Counted from the stretch's first letter, positions 1 through 9,778 are shown. The stretch: DNA of 64,000 nucleotides from Methanotrichaceae archaeon (GCA_963813075.1 CAWEXU010000007.1:1-64000), one strand, 5' to 3'. The notes: generated by a model not told the origin, from the sequence alone. Translations and numbers: made by a program.

Positions 1-28
1 TCGGGGTTATCGTGGCCATGAACATGGA

Positions 29-439
29 GTTTCAATGGGGCCACTTCTTCTCAGAAATGGATAGTACTGTTCTGTGGATTTCGGAGATGGAGCCCACGGT
101 GTTTCAATGGGGCCACTTCTTCTAAGAAATGGATAGCGAGCTTCTCCATAATAATTCGGCAAAGCCCTGCCGAAACTGTTTCAATGGGGCCACTTCTTCT
201 CAGAAATGGATAGATCGTGGGGACCTCTGGGGAAAGCGCCCGGTTCAATGAACGAGTTTCAATGGGGCCACTTCTTCTCAGAAATGGATAGGAAAAAGAT
301 GGCATTGGCATCCCCGGCAAGGACGGGAAAGTTTCAATTGGGCCACTTCTTTGCAGAAATGGAAAGTCCTGGCCGTATTATATGCCTCTGCGGCATCCTC
401 TTCGTTTCAATGGGGCCACTTCTTTGCAGAAATGGAAAG
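29..439 (-). CRISPR. CRISPR array 1, leader-distal part (6 repeats; probably continues off the window start)
   Basis: 36-bp repeats GTTTCAAT(G/T)GGGCCACTTCTT(CT/TG)CAGAAATGGA(T/A)AG at 29, 101, 178, 256, 331, 404 with unique spacers; the minus strand ends in ATTGAAAC. Confidence 0.97.
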
Positions 440-517
440 CCATACGTGGATTCCAGTGGAACCAGACCGAGTAGGGTTTCCCATGGAAAACCAAAAAAAA
501 CAAATGCAAGAGACGAG

Positions 518-1837
518 CTATCCACCTCCATCAGATGACCTTTTCCGGTCGGGCTTGTCCACAGAAATATCTTCAAGCGCTCGCATGAGAGCCTTCTTCC
601 GGTTACTTTCGCTCATTCCATAAAAGGCATCTACAATTGCAGCTACCTTATCCGTCAGATGCTCATCCTTTAAAGAAGGTTCATGGCAGGACTCATTTCG
701 ACCCTTTTTCCTCTTTCTGCAACCAACCTCTTGGTAGAACTCCTGGTTGATCAGAAGATGATAAATTAGACAGATGAGCTTCCTGGCCACGGCAACTATT
801 GCCACGTTGTGCTCCTTCTTTTTGCTCAGCCTCTTGTAGAATCTGGACAGCGTTGTATTTTTCATATTAGCTATGGTCTGGGCAGCCTGGACAAGTACAA
901 CTCGAATATACTTGGAACCGCGTTTTGTGATTCCGCATTTCCTCTTTTTGCCGGCAGATTCATTTTCACCGGGATTGAGGCCACACCACTTCGCCAGTTG
1001 ATCCGGGGTCTGAAAATCTCTGTAGTCTCCGATCTCTGACAGAATGACTGAACCTGAGATAAATGCGATTCCAGGGATGGACATAACAATAGCCAAATCC
1101 GTGTTCTTCTTTTGAATCTTTTTCAGAACCTCAAGGCTTGTCTTCTCTATTTTGGATTCGACATTGTCCATGATTTCGAGAGCATCCCTTATCAGCATTC
1201 TATTTGTATCACTCAGTTCACTGGCGAGTGCTGATCTGATCTCGTCTTGTTTTTTCCTGATCTTTCCGCAGGGTATGCCTTTCAGGATCTCTTCGGTAGG
1301 GTTGTCTTCAGCCAGACCTCTTATGATATGTGTTCCTGATTTGCAGAATATATCGTCCATAGAAGAGCTGAGTTTAACGCCATTTGATGAGAGATATTTG
1401 TGTATCCGATTCTTGAACTGAGTTCGTGTCTTGACATATCCTGCTCTGGCTCGCGTTAGGTTCCTGAGTTCTCGGTCTTCATCGCAGAAAACCCGAGATC
1501 TCTTGATTTGATTATTCAAACACAGAGTTGCAATATGCTTTGAATCTTTTGAATCTGATTTGTCATTTGGAATGGACTTTATCTGCAGAGGATTGGCAAC
1601 AATGGTATCTATGGTTCGGCTCAGAGCATCATAAATCGGGATCCAATAGACTCCAGTAGCTTCGAATGCAACCTGTTCGCATTTGTTAGCTGCAAGCCAG
1701 CTTCTAAATCTATCAAGTTCGGATTTTGTTGTCCCAAAATTCTCTCGAATCGGCAGCACTTCGTCGCCTGCTATTGTGGCAACGATCAGATCTTTATGGA
1801 CATCTGCACCGCAAACTCTTTCTCTTCGTTTTTTCAT
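518..1837 (-). CDS. IS110 family transposase/recombinase (DEDD RuvC-like plus Tnp domain), 439 aa
   Basis: Motifs GADVHKD, FEATG, KSDSKD, IPGIAFISG, GLNPGENESAG (catalytic Ser region), AVARKL; likely start MKKRRERV at 1837. Confidence 0.95.
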   Translation of the reverse strand: MKKRRERVCGADVHKDLIVATIAGDEVLPIRENFGTTKSELDRFRSWLAANKCEQVAFEATGVYWIPIYDALSRTIDTIVANPLQIKSIPNDKSDSKDSKHIATLCLNNQIKRSRVFCDEDRELRNLTRARAGYVKTRTQFKNRIHKYLSSNGVKLSSSMDDIFCKSGTHIIRGLAEDNPTEEILKGIPCGKIRKKQDEIRSALASELSDTNRMLIRDALEIMDNVESKIEKTSLEVLKKIQKKNTDLAIVMSIPGIAFISGSVILSEIGDYRDFQTPDQLAKWCGLNPGENESAGKKRKCGITKRGSKYIRVVLVQAAQTIANMKNTTLSRFYKRLSKKKEHNVAIVAVARKLICLIYHLLINQEFYQEVGCRKRKKGRNESCHEPSLKDEHLTDKVAAIVDAFYGMSESNRKKALMRALEDISVDKPDRKRSSDGGG

Positions 1838-1849
1838 ATATGTCTCTGC

Positions 1850-1996
1850 CTGATATGGGCAGATGATCATTCCCTTATTGGGGATAATTTCCCATACGCG
1901 TTCTAAGACGCAGTCCCGTATTCGAGGGATAATGGCTGGTTTCAATCGCGGGATCAAGTGTCCCATAAACTTGTCAGCCTTCACTGCCCATATCAG
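1850..1996 (-). ncRNA. Putative bridge RNA/seekRNA of the IS110 element
   Basis: Non-coding region upstream of the transposase, closed by a perfect 13-bp inverted repeat (1850-1862/1984-1996), with two internal-loop hairpins matching target and donor sequences. Confidence 0.75.
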
Positions 1997-2068
1997 ACTT
2001 AACATGGACGGGATAAAATAACTGGTTTTCCATCCGTCACGTGTGAGCCCCTGCCTGGGCTCATGGGC

Positions 2069-3075
2069 GTTTCAATTGGGCCACTTCTTTTCAGAAATGG
2101 ATAGATCAGATCTGGAGAACGATAGGCAGAATATCACTGAGTTTCAATGGAGCCACTTCTTTTCAGAAATGGATAGCTGGCATGCTGGAATGTCGACTAG
2201 CCGATCATGCAGCGTTTCAATGGAGCCACTTCTTTTCAGAAATGGATAGCTCGACGAGTCAGGATAGCTCGATGCTAGACTCATAGATGTTTCAATGGGG
2301 CCACTTCTTTTCAGAAATGGATAGACGGAATCACGGCAGACTAATGCCAGCAATGCATAAGGGTTTCAATGGAGCCACTTCTTTTCAGAAATGGATAGTC
2401 GATAGCGACAGCATGGATGCAAGCTACAGATCAGTGTTTCAATGGAGCCACTTCTTTTCAGAAATGGATAGGTACAGCTATGAGATACCGACATTGCCAT
2501 GCAGATGTTTCAATGGGGCCACTTCTTTTCAGAAATGGATAGGCTATAGTTCGATGACATGTGCAATTACCAGCTAATAGCTGTTTCAATTGGGCCACTT
2601 CTTTGCAGAAATGGATAGACGGAGGACTAGATGAGACTTCACGCAGAGATACGGGTTTCAATTGGGCCACTTCTTTGCAGAAATGGAAAGGAATACTACG
2701 GGGGACTATATCGATGATAGCTAGACGCGTTTCAATTGGGCCACTTCTTTGCAGAAATGGAAAGGATAACACTGAGTGACTATGCTGATGGTCCAGCCTA
2801 ACGTTTCAATTGGGCCACTTCTTTGCAGAAATGGAAAGGTGGCAATGCCGGATCCGGTGATAGCGAAATCTATGCAGGTTTCAATTGGGCCACTTCTTTG
2901 CAGAAATGGAAAGGCAGTATGGTATGAGATCGTAATGTAGCAATCTCAATGGATTGTTTCAATTGGGCCACTTCTTTGCAGAAATGGAAAGGGGGTCACT
3001 CATGTACAATAAGTGCCTCCAGAGCTGCCGAAGCGTGTAGTTTCAATTGGGCCACTTCTTTGCAGAAATGGAAAG
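2069..3075 (-). CRISPR. CRISPR array 1, leader-proximal part (14 repeats)
   Basis: Repeats at 2069, 2141, 2214, 2289, 2363, 2436, 2507, 2583, 2655, 2729, 2803, 2878, 2956, 3040. Confidence 0.97.
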
Positions 3076-3323
3076 GGCCACGATTTTTGGGCCTTTACAG
3101 TTATCGAAAAAATGCTGATTTGCGAGAGCCTCGCTGACCTCTTACAGAAATAAGGGATCTTTTGGGCCTCATGCCTACCTATTCGCAAAGCAGAGTCTCT
3201 GCGAGAGGTTCGTCAACTTATCAGGATATTTTGACGAGTGCGTATGTCATCACGGGAGTTTTCGTAATACTGGCCCTTCGATAGCCTCTTGACCTCCCGG
3301 ATCCACTTACTTTCCATCGCTCC
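3076..3323 (-). promoter_or_regulatory. CRISPR leader of array 1
   Basis: Between cas2 and the first repeat; shares blocks with 7319-7586, e.g. TGCGTATGTCATCACGGGAGTTTTCGTAATAC and repeated CGAGAG motifs. Confidence 0.85.
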
Positions 3324-3620
3324 TCAAACTATAATAAACTTCTGCTCTTTCTCCTCATGATGCACCCCCAGGAACTCAATCCTCTCCTCAACCCTGCCCT
3401 CCACGGGTCCCAGATCGATGATCATCACCCGGTCCTCATCCTGGTCTATAAGCTCTGTGAGGGCTGTCACCATCTCTGCCCGGCCTTTAGCAGAAAGATC
3501 GCAGCGGAAGACGGAGTAGTGAACCGGCTCCCCAAAGCCCTTCATAGCCCTATGCACCCGACACAATCTCTTCTGCTCCCGGATGTCGTAGCTCACCACA
3601 TAAGCATTCAGTCCGCTCAT
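3324..3620 (-). CDS. cas2: CRISPR-associated Cas2
   Basis: YVVSYDI...GEPVHYSVF motif, 98 aa, downstream of cas1. Confidence 0.97.
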   Translation of the reverse strand: MSGLNAYVVSYDIREQKRLCRVHRAMKGFGEPVHYSVFRCDLSAKGRAEMVTALTELIDQDEDRVMIIDLGPVEGRVEERIEFLGVHHEEKEQKFIIV

Positions 3621-3627
3621 TTGAACC

Positions 3628-5349
3628 TCACCTGGTAACGAAGGCAGGATATTGCTTCAGTTCTCCTGTGAGAACTCTGGCCAGAAGCCTAGCCTGCACC
3701 TCCAGTACTCGCCGGTAGCTCACCTTGTACCCAAAAATGGGATGAGCTATCTCAGTCTGCAAACGCTTTTCATACCCGGCCAGAACTCTCTTCTTGGCCT
3801 CGGAAACCAGAGAGATTCCAATGCCGGTCCGGATGAAGTCGTCTGGTGTCAGCTCGCGATTATTGAATAGAGTTATGGCCACGGAGTCAGCGATCAGAGG
3901 CCTGAACTCCTCCATCATGTCCAGAGCCAGGGAAGGTCTGCCGTACCGGGGATGGTGATAGAATCCCAGGTATGGCTCGAAGCCCACCGCCAGTACGGTA
4001 ACAAACAGCTCCTTGGTCAGGACCCCATAGAGATAGGATAAAACGGCATTCACTGGGTCTCGGGGTGGACGCTTATTCCTGTTCTGGAAGGAGAAGTCGC
4101 CGGTGCCCTTGAGCATGCTGTCAAAGCGGCTGAAGTAGGCCTCCGCAGCAGCCCCTTCGATTCCGAGCAAGCTCGACATGCTTGAGACGGTCTCCGCCTC
4201 CCCGGCCAGCCGCTCCAGCTGATCAAGCACCTCCTGGAAAGCCGCAGGATCGTTCCTGCGCAGCATTATCCTGCAGTTTCTTACCTTGCCAGCCACCATG
4301 CTTCTGGCCAGTGCAAGAGATTTCTCCGGGTCGCGGGCCCAGTCGAATTGTCTTATTCTCAGCTCCACGTTCTTATGGCTCATGCCCTGGCAGATGCCAT
4401 AGTACCAGCCGCCGTGGGAAAAGTGCAGCACGGGGACATTGCGCTGCATCAGCTCCATCATGGCAGGAGTGGTGATCTCAGCGCCACCATAGAGGCAGAC
4501 CTTGGAGATAGCCATGATCCGGGCCTCGCTGATTTTGCCCTGATCATGGGACCAGACCTCCAGCCGCTCGCCGCGTTTGCGGATGATATGCCCCTGCCCG
4601 ACCACGAAGAGGGGAATTGTGTCGTCCCTGTCGGGAAGGAGCCTGCGGACCTTTTCCTCCTGCTCTCCATTGGGCCTTCTTTGCCTCTCTCCATTGGCTG
4701 CCATCTCTGCATCTCTCTCCAATTGTCTCTCCTGCAATGCGGTGATCTCATCTGGCATGCATATCCCGGCCAGAGAGCAGCGATCGCACCGTGAACTCCC
4801 GTACAGGGGCGGAGGCACTTCTCCCCGCTCGACAGTGCTTCGTAGATTGGCCAGAAGCACCCTTGTCCTGTCCAGCAGGGAAGCGTCGAACTTCACAGGA
4901 ACCCTTTCCTGGGAGCGGGTGAAGTAGAGCATGCCCTCGTCACACGAAAAGCCGTTCTCCCGCAGGGCCAGGCACTGAGCGGCCAGCTGGATGAGATGCG
5001 GCTCGTAGAGACCCAGCGGGGGCTTGGGCGCCTCTCCGCGCTTGTATTCTACTGGCGTGACTTTGTTGCCATCGCCCTCCAGAAGGTCGATCCGGCAGCA
5101 CACTCCTGCCTGGGGAGCCTCAAGCGAGACTGAGCGGGCATGGAAGGGCTGGAAGTCTCCGGGGATGGGATCCGCCTGGGCATCGATCCAGGCGTGCTGC
5201 CGTCTGCCGTCCACCGTCTCAGCGCTGTCCTGATGCTCTCCCTGCACCCATTGAAGGTAGCAGAGTCGCGGGCAGTAGGCGAAGGCAGCGAGCATGCTGG
5301 CCGGGATGAGCTCGGGAGCTGTGCTCTTGCTGAGTTCCTCGTTTGCCAA
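3628..5349 (-). CDS. cas4-cas1: Cas4-Cas1 fusion (type I-G/I-U-like)
   Basis: N-terminal YCPR, IDLLE, VEYKRG, CxxCSLxxIC; C-terminal GIEG, RPPRDPVNAVLSY, LALDMMEEFR. Confidence 0.97.
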   Translation of the reverse strand: MANEELSKSTAPELIPASMLAAFAYCPRLCYLQWVQGEHQDSAETVDGRRQHAWIDAQADPIPGDFQPFHARSVSLEAPQAGVCCRIDLLEGDGNKVTPVEYKRGEAPKPPLGLYEPHLIQLAAQCLALRENGFSCDEGMLYFTRSQERVPVKFDASLLDRTRVLLANLRSTVERGEVPPPLYGSSRCDRCSLAGICMPDEITALQERQLERDAEMAANGERQRRPNGEQEEKVRRLLPDRDDTIPLFVVGQGHIIRKRGERLEVWSHDQGKISEARIMAISKVCLYGGAEITTPAMMELMQRNVPVLHFSHGGWYYGICQGMSHKNVELRIRQFDWARDPEKSLALARSMVAGKVRNCRIMLRRNDPAAFQEVLDQLERLAGEAETVSSMSSLLGIEGAAAEAYFSRFDSMLKGTGDFSFQNRNKRPPRDPVNAVLSYLYGVLTKELFVTVLAVGFEPYLGFYHHPRYGRPSLALDMMEEFRPLIADSVAITLFNNRELTPDDFIRTGIGISLVSEAKKRVLAGYEKRLQTEIAHPIFGYKVSYRRVLEVQARLLARVLTGELKQYPAFVTR

Positions 5350-5638
5350 CTTTACAGCCTCCGGTAGATAAGGAGGATTGCATCCTAGATAAAGATATTT
5401 GACTGTTCACCTGGACTGAAGTCTGTATTGATGGCTAATACAGCAGGAATGTCATTGATAATTTTATATCTCAGTTTGCTTATCTGCGACCTGTTTTTAA
5501 CGAATTAACCGGCGTTTGATATGAAAATGGGCCTCACGCATATCGGTGCAACTGTTCCTGCATGCGATTAATGTTTCACGCATGCTCTCAACCCACGACC
5601 CATTTTCATGCCTTATGGGTGCCTGGCCAGGCATGACG

Positions 5639-7318
5639 GTTTCAATTGGGCCACGACTTTTCAGTCATGGATAGGCAAGATAGAGCGCGGCATTCTTGTT
5701 TGCTACTATGGTTTCAATTGGGCCACGACTTTTCAGTCATGGATAGTGCCTGAGTTTGCAGAAAGCAAACTTAAGAAAGTGGCGTTTCAATTGGGCCACG
5801 ACTTTTCAGTCATGGATACGCGAGATGATGATCGCCTGTTCAGGATATGGATGAGTTTCAATTGGGCCACGACTTTTCAGTCATGGATAGATTCCAGTAT
5901 TAAACAGGTTGAGTTCAGGAACACGTTTCAATTGGGCCACGACTTTTCAGTCATGGATACGGTCAGACGGCGCTATGTGGCGAGGCAACACATATGTTTC
6001 AATTGGGCCACGACTTTTCAGTCATGGAGACGTCAGCCGAGTCAATGTTGGGAACAAATAACCGTTTCAATTGGGCCACGACTTTTCAGTCATGGATACA
6101 TTGCTCGAGTCCAGGCGATGCGCACTATGCACCACGTTTCAATTGGGCCACGACTTTTCAGTCATGGATACGTTATGAGCTCGGCGCCTGTGTAGGGAAT
6201 CTAGTTTCAATTGGGCCACGACTTTTCAGTCATGGAGAGTAACACGATTAGGGCTACAGTGATGCGGCATAGTTTCAATTGGGCCACGACTTTTCAGTCA
6301 TGGAGACTCGCACACATCCACATGATGCTAGAATACGCGAGTTTCAATTGGGCCACGACTTTTCAGTCATGGAGAGACTGTGCGAATGTCGATAATGTCT
6401 ATGCAGAATGTTTCAATTGGGCCACGACTTTTCAGTCATGGAGACGGCGATAATGAAACAATGATATCGCGAAATAACGTTTCAATTGGGCCACGACTTT
6501 TCAGTCATGGAGACGTCAGATGACCAGTATGGTAATTGGCGATAGTATTGCAGTGTTTCAATTGGGCCACGACTTTTCAGTCATGGAGACGGCGATTGAC
6601 GCGGATACGGCATGGCATCCTAGATACAAGTTTCAATTCGGCCACGACTTTTCAGTCATGGAGACGCAACATGGATGCGATCTCATGAGATCCAGCATAT
6701 CGTTTCAATTCGGCCACGACTTTTCAGTCATGGAGACGACATGATGACTGTGATGAATAGAATGTCCAGCGAATTGTTTCAATTCGGCCACGACTTTTCA
6801 GTCATGGAGACGATATCGACTATGCAGGAACATTCATGTTCAGCAACATGTTTCAATTCGGCCACGACTTTTCAGTCATGGAGACTGCAGTAGTGCATGG
6901 TTAGCAATATCGAAGTCATCAGTTTCAATTCGGCCACGACTTTTCAGTCATGGAGACACGGGGAGATCAGTCATGAGCACACGCAACGCGAATGCATAGT
7001 TTCAATTCGGCCACGACTTTTCAGTCATGGAGACGCTCAAGCGATTGCCAGTAAAGCATTGACGCTTATGAGTTTCAATTCGGCCACGACTTTTCAGTCA
7101 TGGAGACTCTTATGGTCGTTATGCCATGATCGTAGCATTCAGGTTTCAATTCGGCCACGACTTTTCAGTCATGGAGACGGAATATGCAGACATGGTGCGA
7201 ATTGACGATATATGGTTTCAATTCGGCCACGACTTTTCAGTCATGGAGAGCAATGTCCGGCATAAGCGGAATAAGACCTAATGTTTCAATTGGGCCACGA
7301 CTTTTCAGTCATGGATAG
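5639..7318 (-). CRISPR. CRISPR array 2 (24 repeats)
   Basis: Repeat GTTTCAATT(G/C)GGCCACGACTTTTCAGTCATGGA(T/G)A(C/G), 32-41 bp spacers. Confidence 0.97.
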
Positions 7319-7586
7319 GGCGGCCATTTTTAAGGCCTTTAATGATATCGAAAAAAGGCCGATTTTCGAGAGGTTCGCCCGCAGATAAATTATTTAATTA
7401 GCGTGAGTCATTCTCGACTATCTAATTCAATATGCAGATCCTTTTCGAGAGGGTCGCTCACTCGGTAAACTAATCGGTTATGTGCGTATGTCATCACGGG
7501 AGTTTTCGTAATACCAGTTCTTTATCTCGCTGGCAAACCTCCCGGATCCACCATTAGCGCCAGTACCTTCAAACTATAATAAACTT
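7319..7586 (-). promoter_or_regulatory. CRISPR leader of array 2 with a cas2 3' remnant
   Basis: Homologous to 3076-3341, including TCAAACTATAATAAACTT (cas2 stop region) at 7569-7586. Confidence 0.8.
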
Positions 7587-7946
7587 GCGTTAGGGCTCAA
7601 AGCGATTCCATATCTGGACTTTTTAGCACTTGGCATAATAAAAATGAATAATATGCGGATCTATATATCAGGGAGCCTAATGTGATAGCCTTTTATGCCT
7701 ATAATATATTGCTTTTTGGAGATTTATATATTTAAATATTAATCCTAAATTTGTTTTAGCATTAAGGCCTTGACGAATAAAGTGATAGAAAGTTTTATAT
7801 TATGGATTAATACTATTAGCCCATACGCCTATAGCAGCATAAGTATCCGATTTATAAGAATACTGACATATACTGTTGGAAGAATAAAACATTATGCTAA
7901 TGTTTAGGCGAAAGTTTTATACACGTTTATTTAGAGTTAGTTAGCT

Positions 7947-8822
7947 ATGGATGCATCAGCTCCGGTACCACCGGCACTATCTAACCAGGAGAAAGCCGCA
8001 GCTGAGACAACCATATACCCCAAATGGGAACCTGGACCGGATCTAAAAATTCCATCTCTGCATCAACGTTTTTTCTCAATTATTCATCACGCCCGGAGAA
8101 CCCAAACCGCACAGATAGGCATCATGCTTTTTGCTCTGTTAATCCTTATTGGTCTTATTCTAAAATGGGATGAACTTCGACCACCCATAAGCTCACATGG
8201 CTTAACCCAATTATTGGCAGAAGTTATTCAAAAATTTTCTAGCCTATGGTATTCTCCAATATTCTTCGAGAATGATAACCCAGCATCTTCTAAGAGCCCC
8301 ACCACATGGATCGGCTGGCTGCTAAATGCGCAGTCGTTATTGGGTGTTGGAACACTTCTTGTTGCTTTCTTTGTCTGGTACGGCGAGATTCGTGAAGACT
8401 GGGAGAATACTCTGCCAAAGCGTATGAGTGTCTTCTTTCTTCATAAAGGCTTGCCGGTTATCGTCTGCCGCAATGTCTGGCTGGCCGGCGAAGGCGATTT
8501 GCGTGCATGGGGACAGCAGGTGGCTGCTCAATCAGTAGGCGAGCATATCCTTCACTTTTATCCGAATGTTAAGGCTCAGGATCCAGCATTGGCAATATGG
8601 GTAGACGGAAAGATCTGCAAGCATTACTCAGTATGCTTTGATCTCAAGGATATGGATAAAGATAAGGATCGAAAGCAAAATCTCTTTTTGGAAAAGTATG
8701 CAGGCTATTGCCGCTATCAAAATATGGCGAGTGACTCCAATATAGTCTCTTCCGTTCCCCTTGAATGCCTGCAGAGAAGGGTATCAGCATCAGTATTTCC
8801 TTTCGACTGGCCGAAAAACTAA
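7947..8822 (+). CDS. Membrane protein of unknown function (2 predicted TM helices plus soluble C-terminal domain); candidate type III ancillary effector
   Basis: Hydrophobic segments IGIMLFALLILIGLIL and LLGVGTLLVAFFVWY; intact ORF inside the cas island. Confidence 0.6.
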   Translation: MDASAPVPPALSNQEKAAAETTIYPKWEPGPDLKIPSLHQRFFSIIHHARRTQTAQIGIMLFALLILIGLILKWDELRPPISSHGLTQLLAEVIQKFSSLWYSPIFFENDNPASSKSPTTWIGWLLNAQSLLGVGTLLVAFFVWYGEIREDWENTLPKRMSVFFLHKGLPVIVCRNVWLAGEGDLRAWGQQVAAQSVGEHILHFYPNVKAQDPALAIWVDGKICKHYSVCFDLKDMDKDKDRKQNLFLEKYAGYCRYQNMASDSNIVSSVPLECLQRRVSASVFPFDWPKN

Positions 8823-8882
8823 GTCCAAACTAGACTTATGCCTTGGAAGCAATTCTGATCTTGGTCACTGCTCTAAGCTGCG

Positions 8883-9698
8883 TGTCAATGGCAATCTGAA
8901 ATTCCTCAATAGTGGCAAAGTAAAATTCCCCACCTGCAAATTCCTGAGATCGATACTCAGGAGTTATGTAGATGCTAACCGGGAGGGAGTTCCACATGTT
9001 GAGAGATTTGTTCAACGAGGGTTTAAGCATCAGCGAGATAGCTCGGCAGACAGGCTATGATCGCAAAACAATAAGAAAATATATAAATTCCGAAACGCCC
9101 CCAATGAGGAAAGAGCAGCCACGGAAATCCGGAAAACTCGATCCGTTTAAGGAATATATGTTGTCCCGACTGAATGAGCATCCTTTTCCGCCATGCGCCT
9201 TTATCGAGAGATCCAGGATCAGGGATTCACAGGCAAATACGGCATAGTCAAAAACTTCGTTCGAGAAATGAGACCTAAGAACGATGTTCCTGCGGTATAT
9301 CGATATGAAACAAAGCCGGGCGTTCAGGGTCAAGTTGATTGGGCAGAATGCGGCAAGATCGAGATCGATGGCAAAATAAGAAAGCTCTACTGCTTCACTA
9401 TGGTTCTGGGCTTCTCCCGCATGAGATATGCCGAATTCACGTTGCAGATAGACATCTTTAACCTTCTCCAGTGCCATCTGAATGCATTTAATTATTTTGG
9501 AGGTTATCCCCAGGAAATTATTGTGTGACAGTAAACATAAAAGGTGATAGTTACAGGCTCAAAGAACGCAGACGCCAGGGAATGATTCAGATTGCCTCTC
9601 CCAGCGTTATTCAGCCGGAGCCGCAAAATGGAAAAGTCTTAAGTAGACCTGGGGAAATTTCATTGCCATAATTGGGGAATTTTGCTTTGCCATTGACA
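8883..9698 (+). mobile_element. istA: Internally deleted IS21-family element with truncated, frameshifted istA
   Basis: TIRs TGTCAATGGCAA/TTGCCATTGACA; 5-bp TSD CTGCG (8878-8882, 9699-9703); HTH SISEIARQTGYDRKTIRKY and ETKPGVQGQVDW; no istB. Confidence 0.92.
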
Positions 9699-9778
9699 CT
9701 GCGGCTGGGCAAGAACATTGAACGGCAACCGACTGTGATTTAATCTCGCTACCTTGACGCGGGATAGCTTACATGATC

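Larger units (their letters stand above)
481..2073 (-). mobile_element. IS110-family (IS1111-like) insertion sequence inside CRISPR array 1
   Basis: Transposase; subterminal inverted repeats ATGGAAAACCA (483-493) / TGGTTTTCCAT (2023-2033); GTTTC at 476-480 and 2069-2073; removing the element restores a 36-bp spacer followed by an intact repeat. Confidence 0.85.

Noticed and set aside
1838..2005. N-terminal extension of the 495-aa transposase ORF
   Set aside because: It overlaps the structured non-coding region; the conserved domain starts at MKKRRERVCGAD
444..2043. Alternative IS110 boundaries at the ACGTG pair (444-448, 2039-2043), i.e. insertion inside a 34-bp spacer
   Set aside because: It also restores the array, but the RNA loops match the GTTTCAAT and TTTCCCAT junctions rather than ACGTG, and one inverted repeat abuts position 481. 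Disfavoured, not excluded.
5513..5610. Possible degenerate terminal repeats of array 2
   Set aside because: Only fragments (GTTTCA, CCACGAC) match; too weak to count
51..7205. ORFs lying within the two arrays (repeated FNWATT and FQWGHFF peptides)
   Set aside because: They are translations of CRISPR repeats
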